DNA of 64,000 bases, taken from positions 15,525 through 79,524 of the forward strand of contig CAXXFK010000016.1 in NCBI GenBank assembly GCA_963663965.2. Reading direction: 5' to 3'. The stretch is from Sedimentisphaerales bacterium. GTDB taxonomy: Bacteria > Planctomycetota > Phycisphaerae > Sedimentisphaerales > SM23-30. The notes below the pieces were generated by a model, which did not search any database, had not been told where the DNA came from, and saw only the letters and a list, made by a program, of their open reading frames with translations. Below are positions 41,621 to 52,672 of this stretch, in pieces. The position numbers and the translations under genes were made by a program. Numbering within the stretch: position 1 is the first letter of the stretch; the number at the start of each line of letters is the position of its first letter.

Positions 41621-42526
41621 TCATTTTCCCGCATGTTCCGATATACTTTTCCAGTTAACCGGTTCCAATACCTTTAGACTCGCTTCGACTCCTTTTGGCG
41701 CCACCATTCCAAATGAACCATTCTCATCTGCGATCCGAACCGCGTCGTGATAATAAATCCGTTTTCCTACCGCCATCTCTTTCGCTTTTTTCCAGGTTCC
41801 TTTACTCGGATCTTTTAAATACCAGGCATATACCCCAAATTTAAGGTACGGCCCGACTTTATCATTAAAGCAATTCGGACCGGTCAGATTTAATACCATC
41901 TCGCCATCTTTCCAGATCTGGGTATAACCGTTCCCATCATAATTCCACTTAATGTGAAACACCCAATCCGTCCATTTCCCTTTTTCCACCCGCCCCAGAT
42001 ACTCGCGCGTACTGAAAAGATATTCACCTCGTTTAGAAACCGGTTTATCGTCGCCTCTTATCGAAACCTCCCACTTTTCTCCATCACTGGAAAGGGCAAC
42101 AGGTGGATTCAAACCGGTTGTCCAGGTCTCACCGGGCACATTGTCAGGAGTTGAATGGAACTGGAAAACAATTTCTTCATAAGGCGATACCGATAATGAT
42201 GCGTCTGGTAGTATACTGATTCCGTACCAGTATTCTTCCCCAATCAGATAATGCCTTAAACAGGGATGGTTTTTACCCGATGCGACTTCTGACCGGAAAT
42301 CGCCATCCTCTGTCAACGCCACTTCAAATCGGGCCGATGCCTCCCCTTCCCTGGCTACTTCATGGCTTATCCGGCCATTATCGTTACCTGACCGCCCCCA
42401 CCATTCTGCATCATACAGTGTCTGCTTGTTTTCAAATCCCTCTTCCAGCAGAAGCGGTACTGCCACTTCCAGCGGTTGGGAACACCCCATAACCAGTAAT
42501 ACCAACAAAACTGCACCAGTATGCAT
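41621..42526 (-). CDS. Polysaccharide lyase-like lipoprotein (PF14099 type)
   Basis: Lipobox VMGC, RSEV, EYWYGISI, IVFQFH, GKWTDWVFHIKW and PYLKFGVY. Confidence 0.8.
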   Translation of the reverse strand: MHTGAVLLVLLVMGCSQPLEVAVPLLLEEGFENKQTLYDAEWWGRSGNDNGRISHEVAREGEASARFEVALTEDGDFRSEVASGKNHPCLRHYLIGEEYWYGISILPDASLSVSPYEEIVFQFHSTPDNVPGETWTTGLNPPVALSSDGEKWEVSIRGDDKPVSKRGEYLFSTREYLGRVEKGKWTDWVFHIKWNYDGNGYTQIWKDGEMVLNLTGPNCFNDKVGPYLKFGVYAWYLKDPSKGTWKKAKEMAVGKRIYYHDAVRIADENGSFGMVAPKGVEASLKVLEPVNWKSISEHAGK

Positions 42527-42607
42527 GACATCAATTCCTCACTAAGTAACTTTTACGGATTTATATCTGCATAACTGAATTCCTTAGAGAGTATTACAGA
42601 TCGGATC

Positions 42608-43507
42608 TTATTCTTCCTCCAGATTTTCTGCGAACCAGATAATCTCAACATAATCATCCGTTTCATCCCCGGTACCATTGTCATTCAATAGGGGCTTAAT
42701 AAACATATCTTCCCGATAGAGTTCCTTGGTGATCCCTTTGATAAGGGCCGGATCTTTTTCCGGTGACTCAAAACCGATTAATTTGGGAAAGACCACCGTG
42801 GCTTCATCATACAATTTTGCCTTGACTGACGCCATCGCCTGCAACGCGTTTTGGATACTGGAAACGCTGATTTCAGATATAATGGGAAACGTATCGGTAA
42901 TTTCCGGCCCGGAGATACCCAGGGTCTGTACCGTCAACCGCCCGCTGATCGCCTTGGAATCCGCCGCAATCGCCAGCGCCGGCAAGCCAGAGATATCTAT
43001 TTTGTTTTCCAGCGCCTCAAATTCCGCCCTGACTCGCAAGCCCACCCCTAAATAGATGGGAATTCTTTCCGCAAATGTCAATACACGATTGGGCTCGCAA
43101 TAACAGGTGCGATATTCAATGTCAATATCCTTTGCTCCAGCAAAATATTTAATATAATCGGCAATCAACAGATATTTCCGCCCTTTAACCGATGATCCGC
43201 CCACTCTGGCGTTAATCGTGGCGGTTCCCTGAAAATCATCCAGGGCAATCCGAACGGTATCGGTATCCAGATCCCTTAACAACGCCTGCCGGAATAGCTC
43301 GGAGGTCAGATTCGCCGTCACCTCCTCCTCGCTATAATTCGATGCCACCCAGACTGTCATAGGATTCAATGGTTGATAATAATATTGAGAACTGATCTTC
43401 AAATCCGCCCTTTTCTGACCACACCCAACCATTCCAATCAACACCATCAATATCATTCCCAACCGAAACCAGACACACTTGTGTGCATTAAAAGAATTCA
43501 TACTCAT
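42608..43507 (-). CDS. Hypothetical lipoprotein
   Basis: Lipobox MVGC, AGGAG RBS, intact 299-aa ORF. Confidence 0.75.
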   Translation of the reverse strand: MSMNSFNAHKCVWFRLGMILMVLIGMVGCGQKRADLKISSQYYYQPLNPMTVWVASNYSEEEVTANLTSELFRQALLRDLDTDTVRIALDDFQGTATINARVGGSSVKGRKYLLIADYIKYFAGAKDIDIEYRTCYCEPNRVLTFAERIPIYLGVGLRVRAEFEALENKIDISGLPALAIAADSKAISGRLTVQTLGISGPEITDTFPIISEISVSSIQNALQAMASVKAKLYDEATVVFPKLIGFESPEKDPALIKGITKELYREDMFIKPLLNDNGTGDETDDYVEIIWFAENLEEE

Positions 43508-43915
43508 GACAATACTCCTTTTAAAAGACTACAAAAAAACATACCTTGAACTGGACTACCAGCATTTATTTAGGAACGAATTGCCTGGCCTCTTTTTTTA
43601 CCAGGTTCGATTATTCCAGGGTGTAAAATATATCTGATTGCGCAAACCATAATAATTGAGCCAATAACAATCCCTGAAATATTTATAGGAGTCCATTCCC
43701 ATTCTTTTCAAAAAGATTTTTCCCAAAAAGAATATATTCTGCTAGATTCCGAACCTTATCCAGAGGATGGAAAGTGATTGCTACTAAAAACTACCGATAT
43801 CGCCTTTTGATCTGCCAAACTCAGGCTGAATACGATTATCCTGCCTGCTAATGCCTAATCAATACCCCTACAGCCATAATAATGCGCTGTTTAATTCAAA
43901 TAATCACCAAAAATA

Positions 43916-44713
43916 TCAATTAAACAGCAGAGTCTGCTGACCATCCTTGCCTTCAAAATGACAGGCAAATTTTCCCGGTTCAGGAAAGTCAAAATTAATC
44001 GGCTTCAGGACATCATTATAGTCAACCCAGAAAGTACCATTTTTACGCCAGTGATAATCACCGCCCAGCTTGATTTCCTGAGTATCCCCGGTGGCAGGCG
44101 CATAGGCGATCAACTTGAAATGGGTTTTGAAAACAACCAGGTCATTATAAGGGGACCACAGGATTTCCTGGTTATAATCTACATCCTCCGGCAGTTTGGT
44201 AACAAAAGCCGGCTCTTCAAGTCCGGCCGTCTTGACGTAAAGATGGTGATTCGGCCCATCAATGGAAGGCATATCCACAACATAAGCCTCATAACGGTCA
44301 TCTGGCGAAAACTGACTCTGAACCACATTAGGCCCAAAAATGGCCATCCGGGCATGAGAAACCACAAAAGGAGTCATCATAATCGCTGCGATCCCGCCAA
44401 TTGCCAGAAACGGTGTCAGGCAGGCCGCCGGAATCAGGCATTTCAAAACCAGATTCTTTTTATCCGACACCCCCTTCAGTCGGCGCAAACCCGGTATCAG
44501 TAGCGCTATCGCGATAATGGCATAAAACGCCGACGACATCAGGCTCATCAGCAACGTCCCCGCAATAGCGCCTAAATCGGCAAAATGTCGGCTATTGGTA
44601 AAATGAGTTAATAGAATATAGTTGGTCCCCAACCAGCCGAAAGCACAACAAAAACCAAAAAACAATAACCAGCCGGCACGTTTCGATTGCCCAGTGCTAA
44701 CAGAATCGCCCAT
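43916..44713 (-). CDS. Hypothetical membrane protein (3 TM plus TolB-like beta repeats)
   Basis: Three hydrophobic segments, then FSPDDRYEAY and WSPYNDLVVF. AAGGAG precedes ATG 44713. Confidence 0.7.
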   Translation of the reverse strand: MGDSVSTGQSKRAGWLLFFGFCCAFGWLGTNYILLTHFTNSRHFADLGAIAGTLLMSLMSSAFYAIIAIALLIPGLRRLKGVSDKKNLVLKCLIPAACLTPFLAIGGIAAIMMTPFVVSHARMAIFGPNVVQSQFSPDDRYEAYVVDMPSIDGPNHHLYVKTAGLEEPAFVTKLPEDVDYNQEILWSPYNDLVVFKTHFKLIAYAPATGDTQEIKLGGDYHWRKNGTFWVDYNDVLKPINFDFPEPGKFACHFEGKDGQQTLLFN

Positions 44714-44916
44714 GATTGTCTCCTTAATTCGTTCCATTTTAAATTCAATACTAATCAGGATACATCACTTTCCTGATTATATACCAATTAAAGAGCAAAT
44801 TCAACCCCCGATACCCATCAGCAATATCCTATAACTATTGGTTTTGCAAAATGTTACTAATTTATCCAGAAACTGCATGGAAATATATTCCTCAGATTTA
44901 GACTTCACTCAGCGCT

Positions 44917-46161
44917 TTATTCGGTTGACACCGGTCGCTTTGAATCTAACATACCGGCAAACAGATCCCCTTCCGGCCAGGATGAAATCTCATGAACCAC
45001 TTTGCCGATAACAGGATCGATCTGTCCAAAACCATCTCCCCGTTTATTGAAAAGGACCGCACAGTCAATCCCACTTTTCCATCGCGCCATAAAAGTAAAC
45101 GTGCCCGGCAACGAGCCATTATGCCAGGTATTGCGAAACCCCTTGCCATAATCACGAACATCCCAACCGCAGGCATAATAAGCATCACCCGCATGATAGG
45201 TTTTTGGATCAAGATTCTCCGGCAACGCAAACATCTGGTCTATCGATGCCGGATTAAGTACCGGACAGGTCTCTGGATGGTCAAAAGCGCTGGCAAACCG
45301 GACTAACTCAACCGCAGATGCCAGCCATCCGCCGTGGGAGTCCATATTCTCGATATTCGAACCATGTGGAGATTCACCATTGGTACCCTGATAACGAACT
45401 TCGCCCGGCGCGCGATCTTTGAGTTTGGTCCGCCCCAATCGCATGTGCTGAATACCAAGTGGATTAAGAATCTCATTCGTGACATATTGACCATAGTCTA
45501 TCCCCGTACGCGCTTCAATAATCCGTCCTAACAGGCAATACCCGAAATTACTGTAAGCATTGGTCGTACCAGGATCATGCTGAAGCGGCTGCCCGGCCAT
45601 AAACTTGATAATATCAGCAGTATTAATAGGTAGTTTAACTTTCAGTTCACGGGAAATCCGACGATCCTGAAACATCGGATCAAAGGCCTGATTTCGGTCC
45701 CAACCACCCAGATGCTGCAGCAAATGGCGAACCGTAATCTGCTTAAGTCGCGGATCAGATTGCTGACCTGACGGCGGGGTCATATCAATTATATCAGTCA
45801 GGTTATCATCCAGACTCAATTTACCTTGTTCAATCAGGTGAAATATGGCAACGGCAGTAATAGGCTTGGAAATACTGGCAATCCGAAACAGAGAATCAGG
45901 CCCAACTGGCTCATCTTTCGGATTACCCCACGTAAATCCTTTGGCATACATAAGCCGCCCCTGGTAAGTCACCGCCAGCGCGGCCGCCGGGATTTCATGC
46001 TGGACCATAAACTCTTTCATTGCCTGATCCAGATGACTCAAATCCTCCGATAACATCTGCCCGGAAGCATACCATTGCCGGTTTTCTGACGACTGCGAAT
46101 ACGAACAACCGGCCAGATATAAAATCAAACCCCAATTGATAAGTACAAAGAAATATCTCAT
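44917..46161 (-). CDS. Serine hydrolase, beta-lactamase class C/AmpC-like family, lipoprotein
   Basis: FRIASISK (SxxK), YSNFGY, WHNGSLPG and lipobox LAGC. Confidence 0.9.
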   Translation of the reverse strand: MRYFFVLINWGLILYLAGCSYSQSSENRQWYASGQMLSEDLSHLDQAMKEFMVQHEIPAAALAVTYQGRLMYAKGFTWGNPKDEPVGPDSLFRIASISKPITAVAIFHLIEQGKLSLDDNLTDIIDMTPPSGQQSDPRLKQITVRHLLQHLGGWDRNQAFDPMFQDRRISRELKVKLPINTADIIKFMAGQPLQHDPGTTNAYSNFGYCLLGRIIEARTGIDYGQYVTNEILNPLGIQHMRLGRTKLKDRAPGEVRYQGTNGESPHGSNIENMDSHGGWLASAVELVRFASAFDHPETCPVLNPASIDQMFALPENLDPKTYHAGDAYYACGWDVRDYGKGFRNTWHNGSLPGTFTFMARWKSGIDCAVLFNKRGDGFGQIDPVIGKVVHEISSWPEGDLFAGMLDSKRPVSTE

Positions 46162-46440
46162 ACTAAACTGCTCCTGAAACAACTGGACGGTAGAATGTCA
46201 TCCAAAGACTCTATAATAATTTACGAAATAGTATAATAAACTATTGCATTTTAATACGATATGAAATTATTACCAAATTTAATAAACAACGTGATATGAA
46301 AAAACTGGATAGTTATCACTAACAATCCAATAATTATGTAACATTACCTCTTATTCAGGGTATATATTAAAAGGTAATCCATGTAATTTGTGAATCTTGT
46401 TAAGTATATCTTAAAAATATTTGATAATTGAACAATTACC

Positions 46441-47031
46441 ATGAACAACATTAAAAATATTTCCCACAAATGGATCTCTTTAAAATTCCAGCCAACAATC
46501 CCCCCACATATCAAGGCGGGATTTACCTTAATCGAATTGCTGGTAACAATTGTGATTATCGCCCTGCTGGTGGGTATCATGATGCCGGCGTTGGGCCAGG
46601 CAAGGGTATCGGCACGCCGTAGTGTCTGTCGAGCCCAACTGCACGAAATTGCCACGGCATTTCGGGTTTATCTGAATGAAAGTAATGATGTCCTGCCTAT
46701 GGCCGCCCAGTTGCCTTCACTTGAGCCGGATATGCCCTCTATTGCGGAAGTCTTATTTAAAGAAGATAAAAGCCGCGAAGTGATGCATTGCCCGGCAGAT
46801 AACGATCCGGATGAATGTTATTTCGATAAAGAAGGCACCAGCTACGAATATCCCGAACTATTGCGCGGTAAACGGGTGGATCGAAGCTTTCTCGGCAAAC
46901 GCTGGACCCAGAACAATACACCCGTATTGTTCGATTTCAAAACGTTTCACAACAAACCCGGCCGGCCCGGCGCCATGAATTTTTTATTTGCTGATGGCCA
47001 TGTCGGTGAATTTGAAGGAAGTGATAGCTGA
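46441..47031 (+). CDS. Prepilin-type N-terminal cleavage/methylation protein with H-X-DG C-terminal motif (DUF1559-like)
   Basis: AG-FTLIELLVTIVIIALLVGIMMPAL, HCPAD and FH...MNFLFADGHV. Confidence 0.9.
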   Translation: MNNIKNISHKWISLKFQPTIPPHIKAGFTLIELLVTIVIIALLVGIMMPALGQARVSARRSVCRAQLHEIATAFRVYLNESNDVLPMAAQLPSLEPDMPSIAEVLFKEDKSREVMHCPADNDPDECYFDKEGTSYEYPELLRGKRVDRSFLGKRWTQNNTPVLFDFKTFHNKPGRPGAMNFLFADGHVGEFEGSDS

Positions 47032-47615
47032 TGAGAAAAAACACTAAAATCACTTTATGGGGTATTATTGGCGTTATGGCAATCTCTGCCGCAAGCTTTG
47101 GTTTATACCAGACTCTGAAACCAGCAGCGCCCGATCCCCAAACCGCCACACCCGATGAAGTAATCAACTATTTAAGTAGTGATCGGTTTGCCAAATTAGC
47201 TGTTACCGACAGGCAAAATTATATGCAGCGCTTCCATGACAGCCAATTTCAAAATGATATGTTCTTTTTCAATCTGGATCCGGGCAATTTATCGGAAGAA
47301 AAACGCCTTGCGTTAATGAAAAACGTATTGCCCGCTGTCGCGCCGATGATCAAACAGCGGCTGAATGAATACGAAAGTTTACCCCAGGCCCAGCAAATGG
47401 CTCGATTGGATACTATTATCGATCATATGCTGCGGAATCAAAAAAGTGGCGCTCCAGTTGGCCTCACCCCGCAACGCTTGAATCTGATATTACAATATCT
47501 TGATCCGGAAACCCGTGCGCAAATTCGAAAACACGTGCCCGATTTATTGATACGAATGGGCCAACGATCTATTAAACCACCCAATACCATGGCCAATCGA
47601 TCAGTTCAAGCTTAA
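47031..47615 (+). CDS. Membrane-anchored helical hypothetical protein coupled to the prepilin-like gene
   Basis: TGATG stop/start overlap and an N-terminal TM. Confidence 0.75.
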   Translation: MRKNTKITLWGIIGVMAISAASFGLYQTLKPAAPDPQTATPDEVINYLSSDRFAKLAVTDRQNYMQRFHDSQFQNDMFFFNLDPGNLSEEKRLALMKNVLPAVAPMIKQRLNEYESLPQAQQMARLDTIIDHMLRNQKSGAPVGLTPQRLNLILQYLDPETRAQIRKHVPDLLIRMGQRSIKPPNTMANRSVQA

Positions 47616-47865
47616 CATTCAGGTTTAACGCATACTTAATTACTTATTTACGTAATATTCTGGTCTGGACGGAATTATCCATGAATGGTACACTGTAGTG
47701 ATTTAGTCTCTTACGAGTGAAATTTTGCGCAATATGGCAAATAAATCTCGACAGGGAGGCGGATGCCACTGTGACCCTGTTTGGCTCCGGCACTGCCGGT
47801 TTAGGCAATTTCGCTATCCATTTTTAAGCATTACCAGCTAGTGTCATACGTTGAAAGGATTTGTG

Positions 47866-48891
47866 ATGCGTAAGCGATTTGTTCTACTGCTGATATTACC
47901 GGTATTTATACCGTTAGCCTGTCAAAACAGCAATCCGGATGCCGGTAACTTAAAAGGCAAAATCGCTTCTAAACCCCTCTATCGCGATCCGGTTTACGAT
48001 GGCGCGGCCGATCCGGTTTTATGCTGGAACCGCCAGGAAAAGAAATGGTTCATGTTTTATACCAATCGTCGCGCCAACGTCCCTGGCCTTCCCGGCGTAA
48101 GTTGGGTACATGGCACACCGATCGGAATCGCCGAATCGATAGATAACGGCGCCACCTGGCAATATCGCACGACGGCAGATATTGATTATGGCGAAGGCGA
48201 ATTCAGCTATTGGGCTCCCGAAGTGATTTATCACGATGGACGCTATCATATGTTTCTTTCTTTTGTTCCGGGTATGCACAATGACTGGGGCGGTACCCGT
48301 AGTATCATTCATCTGACCAGTAATGACCTGTTAAAATGGCATTACCGTTCAACACTCCAACTGGCATCCAACCGGGTCATCGATGCCTGCGTGATCCAAC
48401 TGCCTGATGGCAATTGGCGGATGTGGTATAACAATGAACCGGATCGTAAATCCATCTATTTTGCCGATAGCCCGGATCTGTTCCAGTGGCAGGATCGCGG
48501 CAAGGTTACGGGTGATCAGCCGGGAGAAGGCCCCAAAGTATTCCACTGGCAGAAACGATACTGGATGGTGGTCGATGTGTGGAATGGATTGGGAGTTTAT
48601 GTCTCGGATGATGCCATGCACTGGACACGCCAGCCTGACAATCTGCTGGAAGAACCGGGAACAGGAACGGATGACCAGGTTAAAGGTGGCCATCCCGATG
48701 TGGTCGTCTGTGGCGATCGAGCCTACCTGTTTTATTTTACTCATCCAGGTCGTCAAGGTCCCGACGCCAGAAAAGATTCTACCGAACAACGGCGCAGTTC
48801 CATTCAGGTCGTTGAACTGAAATTCCAGGATGGTAAACTAACTTGTGATCGCAATTTGCCAACAGTCATAAACCTGACTCCACCTCGCTAA
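47866..48891 (+). CDS. Five-bladed beta-propeller glycoside hydrolase (GH43-like) lipoprotein
   Basis: Lipobox PLAC, GAADP, WAPEV, VIDAC and EGP. Confidence 0.8.
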   Translation: MRKRFVLLLILPVFIPLACQNSNPDAGNLKGKIASKPLYRDPVYDGAADPVLCWNRQEKKWFMFYTNRRANVPGLPGVSWVHGTPIGIAESIDNGATWQYRTTADIDYGEGEFSYWAPEVIYHDGRYHMFLSFVPGMHNDWGGTRSIIHLTSNDLLKWHYRSTLQLASNRVIDACVIQLPDGNWRMWYNNEPDRKSIYFADSPDLFQWQDRGKVTGDQPGEGPKVFHWQKRYWMVVDVWNGLGVYVSDDAMHWTRQPDNLLEEPGTGTDDQVKGGHPDVVVCGDRAYLFYFTHPGRQGPDARKDSTEQRRSSIQVVELKFQDGKLTCDRNLPTVINLTPPR

Positions 48892-48957
48892 TAGTTCATG
48901 ATTGATTACACCTGAATAATATGGATTAATTATACAGCTGAAAAGGATTGATAACTG

Positions 48958-51498
48958 ATGAAAATTCATTTTGGGCTCATGACTTTACTGAGTTTTGCTC
49001 TTTACCTCCCGATCTGGGCTGAACCATCATTACACCTTAACCGGACTACTAACGAACTGGTTATCCGCAATGCTACTTTTACCAGGATTTTTAACTGTCC
49101 GTTACAGCAGCCAGGCCCAATCGAAGTCGAAAACCGAAACCCAATAGATAGCGAAATTATTACCCGAAAAGGGTATTCTGCCTATTTCGAATTCATAATC
49201 GATAATAAACTGATTTCTGCCAATGATCCGGTTTGGATATTTGATGAGCACAGTTCCCGACGAATGGGCAATGGCGGAACAGAATATCGGCTGGTCTATC
49301 ATGGAACAGCAGCTCCGGTAAATGGATTATCCATAACGATTTTCCAACAGATCTTTCCGGAAACGACCTTGGTGCGAGAAAAGTTAAGACTGACAACCAG
49401 CACCGGCCGGATATTTCATCTAAATCGGTATCAGGGGAAACCTCATTTTATTTTTCCACAATACAGTATCATCTGCCCGGCGCAATCCCAATTTCAGGGA
49501 ACCGAAATACGCATCGCCAGTTGGGAAAAACGCCCGATTACCTTCGGCAAGAAAAACCGCAGCAATCATATGTATTATCCGGACATCCTGACAGAACCAG
49601 TCACGGCAACAGGTTCTTTGATCAAAGGCCCCGTCGGAATAATAACCAATGGACAAACCAGTTGGTTGACTGCGTACGAACATGCTTCACAGGATGACCT
49701 GCGTGGGTTATTCAGTAAAACGATCGACAGTGGCCAGGGTGAACATGTAAACGATGCCATGCAGGGAGTTAAGGGGACTTTCGATTTTCCGGTCAAAGAA
49801 GAGGATTTCAAGTTTGTTGGTATCGGCCAGAAAGCGGAGGCCCGCACCATGACCACCTCAGTACAGTTATTACGAGGCAGTTACCTGGAAAATGAAATCA
49901 TCGATGAATACCACCCTTATGAAACCGTCTGGACCGCCGGTGCGTTTTATGATGGCGCCGATCTGGAGATGGGAAAATCCCTTCTGAGAGATTATCTCTT
50001 TCGCTGGATTTGCGAAAAACCAGCTTCCCGCGAACCGCTATTCTATTACAATACCTGGGGCATGCAGCGTCAGGATTCACAGAAACCTTTGCGAGGGATT
50101 TTAACTTACGACCGGATTTTCAAAGAAATCGAATACGCCGCGGAACTGGGAGTGGATATTTTCGTTCTGGATGATGGCTGGGAACAGACCCAGGGAGACT
50201 GGACACCCCACCGGGAACGGTTACCGCAAGGCCTGGTCCCTATCAAGGCCAAACTGGATGAACATGGATTAATCATGGGATTGTGGTTCTCCCCGATGGG
50301 GATTGACAAAACCACCCAACGCTACCGTGAGCACGAAAACTGGATTATCAAAGATTCCAGGGAAATCCCTATCCGTGCCCAGTGGGATCATCCGGCTTTT
50401 GATTTCGTGGGTGGTTTTTTTGAAGTTTTTATTCAGGATTGCAAATCCCTGATCGACCAGGGCTGCCGTTATATGAAATGGGATGCTATCAACACCTTTT
50501 ACAGCACCCTGGCGAACCTGGACCACGGCTCGGACCAATATTCGCCGGAGGAAATCCGGGCGCGATACGAATATCTGCTGCCAATCTATGTGACACGGGC
50601 CATGGAAATCCTGACCGATTATGAACCTTCACTCACAATCGAAATCGATCTCACCGAGGCCAGGCGCATCATGATCGGTTTGGCGCCCTTAAGCCAGGGC
50701 AAATTCTACTTTATCAATAATGGAGCCACCTGGTATAACGACTATACGGTTTATCGAACCCAATCGGTCCGGGCCGTTGTCAATGAATACGCCGGATTAA
50801 TTCCCTTTGAATTGTTTACCTTCGCCACCTACCCGCATAATCAAGCCGGATGTCAGAATTATAACGTGAATACCTCTTTAATGGCCGGTCACGGCTTCTG
50901 GGGAAACCTGGAATTATTAACCTCAGAAGAACGGCTCTGGGTAGGCGCGGAAGTGGCCAAGGTCAAACGGATCTTGCCATACCTGGGAGAAGTCAATCCT
51001 CAGGTAATTGGTAGCGTGGGTGATTCACCGGAAATTTACAGTTTAATCAATTCCGATAAGTCCGCCGGTCTGATTACCGTCTTTTCCAGTGAACCAATAT
51101 CGTATCAACACAGCATCTCAGTAAGATCCGACAACCTGTTGGCAGGCTTGAATTATCCGTATGAATTGAATCACGATCAGTTCAGTTTAAACCTGAACTT
51201 CGATAAAGCCAATGCGTCTCACTCAATTATTTTACTTCCTAATTTTGGCATGGGCATCTCTATTCTGTCAACCACTACCTCCATCGATCAGGCCAATATC
51301 AGCGGCCAGGGCCTGAATTACCACACGAGCGATCCCGGCCAACAAATAATTCAATGGAGCAAACAATGGGGCAAACCGGAATTGGAACCGATTAATGGAA
51401 TCACCTGGGAACTACTGGAAAATGATAAAGATTACCTCTTGAAGGTAACCAGCCGGGAACCTGATCAATTGATCCAAATCATGAAATCGAAAAACTAA
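48958..51498 (+). CDS. Alpha-galactosidase-like glycoside hydrolase (GH36/clan D)
   Basis: YNTWG, FVLDDGW, GLWFSP, YMKWD and a signal peptide. Confidence 0.82.
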   Translation: MKIHFGLMTLLSFALYLPIWAEPSLHLNRTTNELVIRNATFTRIFNCPLQQPGPIEVENRNPIDSEIITRKGYSAYFEFIIDNKLISANDPVWIFDEHSSRRMGNGGTEYRLVYHGTAAPVNGLSITIFQQIFPETTLVREKLRLTTSTGRIFHLNRYQGKPHFIFPQYSIICPAQSQFQGTEIRIASWEKRPITFGKKNRSNHMYYPDILTEPVTATGSLIKGPVGIITNGQTSWLTAYEHASQDDLRGLFSKTIDSGQGEHVNDAMQGVKGTFDFPVKEEDFKFVGIGQKAEARTMTTSVQLLRGSYLENEIIDEYHPYETVWTAGAFYDGADLEMGKSLLRDYLFRWICEKPASREPLFYYNTWGMQRQDSQKPLRGILTYDRIFKEIEYAAELGVDIFVLDDGWEQTQGDWTPHRERLPQGLVPIKAKLDEHGLIMGLWFSPMGIDKTTQRYREHENWIIKDSREIPIRAQWDHPAFDFVGGFFEVFIQDCKSLIDQGCRYMKWDAINTFYSTLANLDHGSDQYSPEEIRARYEYLLPIYVTRAMEILTDYEPSLTIEIDLTEARRIMIGLAPLSQGKFYFINNGATWYNDYTVYRTQSVRAVVNEYAGLIPFELFTFATYPHNQAGCQNYNVNTSLMAGHGFWGNLELLTSEERLWVGAEVAKVKRILPYLGEVNPQVIGSVGDSPEIYSLINSDKSAGLITVFSSEPISYQHSISVRSDNLLAGLNYPYELNHDQFSLNLNFDKANASHSIILLPNFGMGISILSTTTSIDQANISGQGLNYHTSDPGQQIIQWSKQWGKPELEPINGITWELLENDKDYLLKVTSREPDQLIQIMKSKN

Positions 51499-51519
51499 TC
51501 CCCTGCCCCAATGATTGCC

Positions 51520-52215
51520 TCAAGCCGGCCGAATAAGATCCGGCAATTGCCCGGCCAGGCCGATTTGACCCTCTTGAATAATAAGCACACCGGCAACACC
51601 GGGAATAGCAGCGATTCGATTGAGGGCAGGTTCGATATCCGCCGGGGATGAAACACCATTAGCCGCCATGGTGGCGGCAGCATCTGCCAGAGCCGCATCT
51701 TTTGCCACTACAGTAGCCAGATCGCAACATCCCAGGCTGAGTGAATGCCCCATTTTACCGCTGGAAGAACAGATGGCCATGGGAGTCTCTTCCGGTTGAA
51801 CTAGAAAGGCAAGGCGATTAAAAGCCTCATTTTCACCAGAGTAAAATCCAATGACAACCGGACTGATCGTTTTAAGAAAGATATCCCCCCCGTTTTCGAC
51901 AATCGCTTCCTCAGCGCCGGCCTTCAATCCCGCTTCAGCAGCCAGTTGGGCCATAATGCCGGCCACTGCGGCCATAGGACCAGTCCCTACTAACGAGGCG
52001 GCATAAGCCATCCGTCGCGCCACAACCGGTGCATTGGGAAATAATTCAACCGGGGTAAGTGAGGATTGAAATTGCCGATGTTGTTCGATATAAGCTTCCA
52101 ACAGACACCGTTGTTCAATAATTTCAGCGACTACCGAATCGTAACAAGAACAACAGACGCGTAAAACCGCTTTTTTATGGATAAAAGACCGGTATGTTCT
52201 AAGAGATGACATCAT
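51520..52215 (-). CDS. UPF0280/ApbE-like protein (MA1715-like)
   Basis: GPMAAVAG, IVENGGDI, ICSSSGKMGHSLSLG and AALADAAAT. Confidence 0.88.
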   Translation of the reverse strand: MMSSLRTYRSFIHKKAVLRVCCSCYDSVVAEIIEQRCLLEAYIEQHRQFQSSLTPVELFPNAPVVARRMAYAASLVGTGPMAAVAGIMAQLAAEAGLKAGAEEAIVENGGDIFLKTISPVVIGFYSGENEAFNRLAFLVQPEETPMAICSSSGKMGHSLSLGCCDLATVVAKDAALADAAATMAANGVSSPADIEPALNRIAAIPGVAGVLIIQEGQIGLAGQLPDLIRPA

Positions 52216-52252
52216 TAGTAAGGAACATCAGAGAATATCGAAGAACCCATGG

Positions 52253-52672
52253 CTAAAATGTCGAAGCACAGGCGCCATAGGGACAGACACGCACACAAGC
52301 CAGACATTCAATGCACTTGGCCTCGTCGAATATCACTTCCCTGGTTTTGGCATCACGAAATCCCAGGGCGTCGGTGGGACAATAAGGCACACAATAACCA
52401 CAATGGGAGCAACGAGCCACATCCCGTAAAACGCCTTTACCAGTGAGATTGACCGTAACATTAAACGTTTTGACAAAATCGATCCCGGCCTGGATATCGG
52501 ATTCAGTCCCGGTAACATCCAAAACCAGGTAACCTTCCTCTTCTGGCGTCACTCGGGCTCGAAAGATATTGACAATCAGATTATGGTCTTTGACCAGATG
52601 ATAAATAATCGGCTTTTCACATTCACATTTTGGAAAATAGAGCATCAGCTTTTTGGTTGTCATGTCACTCAT
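52253..52672 (-). CDS. NIL-domain 2x[4Fe-4S] ferredoxin (MA1822/MJ0099-like)
   Basis: KPIIYHLVKDHNLIVNIFRA, CSHCGYCVPYCP and CIECLACVRVCP. ATGA overlap with the upstream gene. Confidence 0.9.
   Translation of the reverse strand: MSDMTTKKLMLYFPKCECEKPIIYHLVKDHNLIVNIFRARVTPEEEGYLVLDVTGTESDIQAGIDFVKTFNVTVNLTGKGVLRDVARCSHCGYCVPYCPTDALGFRDAKTREVIFDEAKCIECLACVRVCPYGACASTF

Noticed and set aside
43510..43915. Small gene in the AT-rich gap
   Set aside because: Only short frames without a convincing start or motif.
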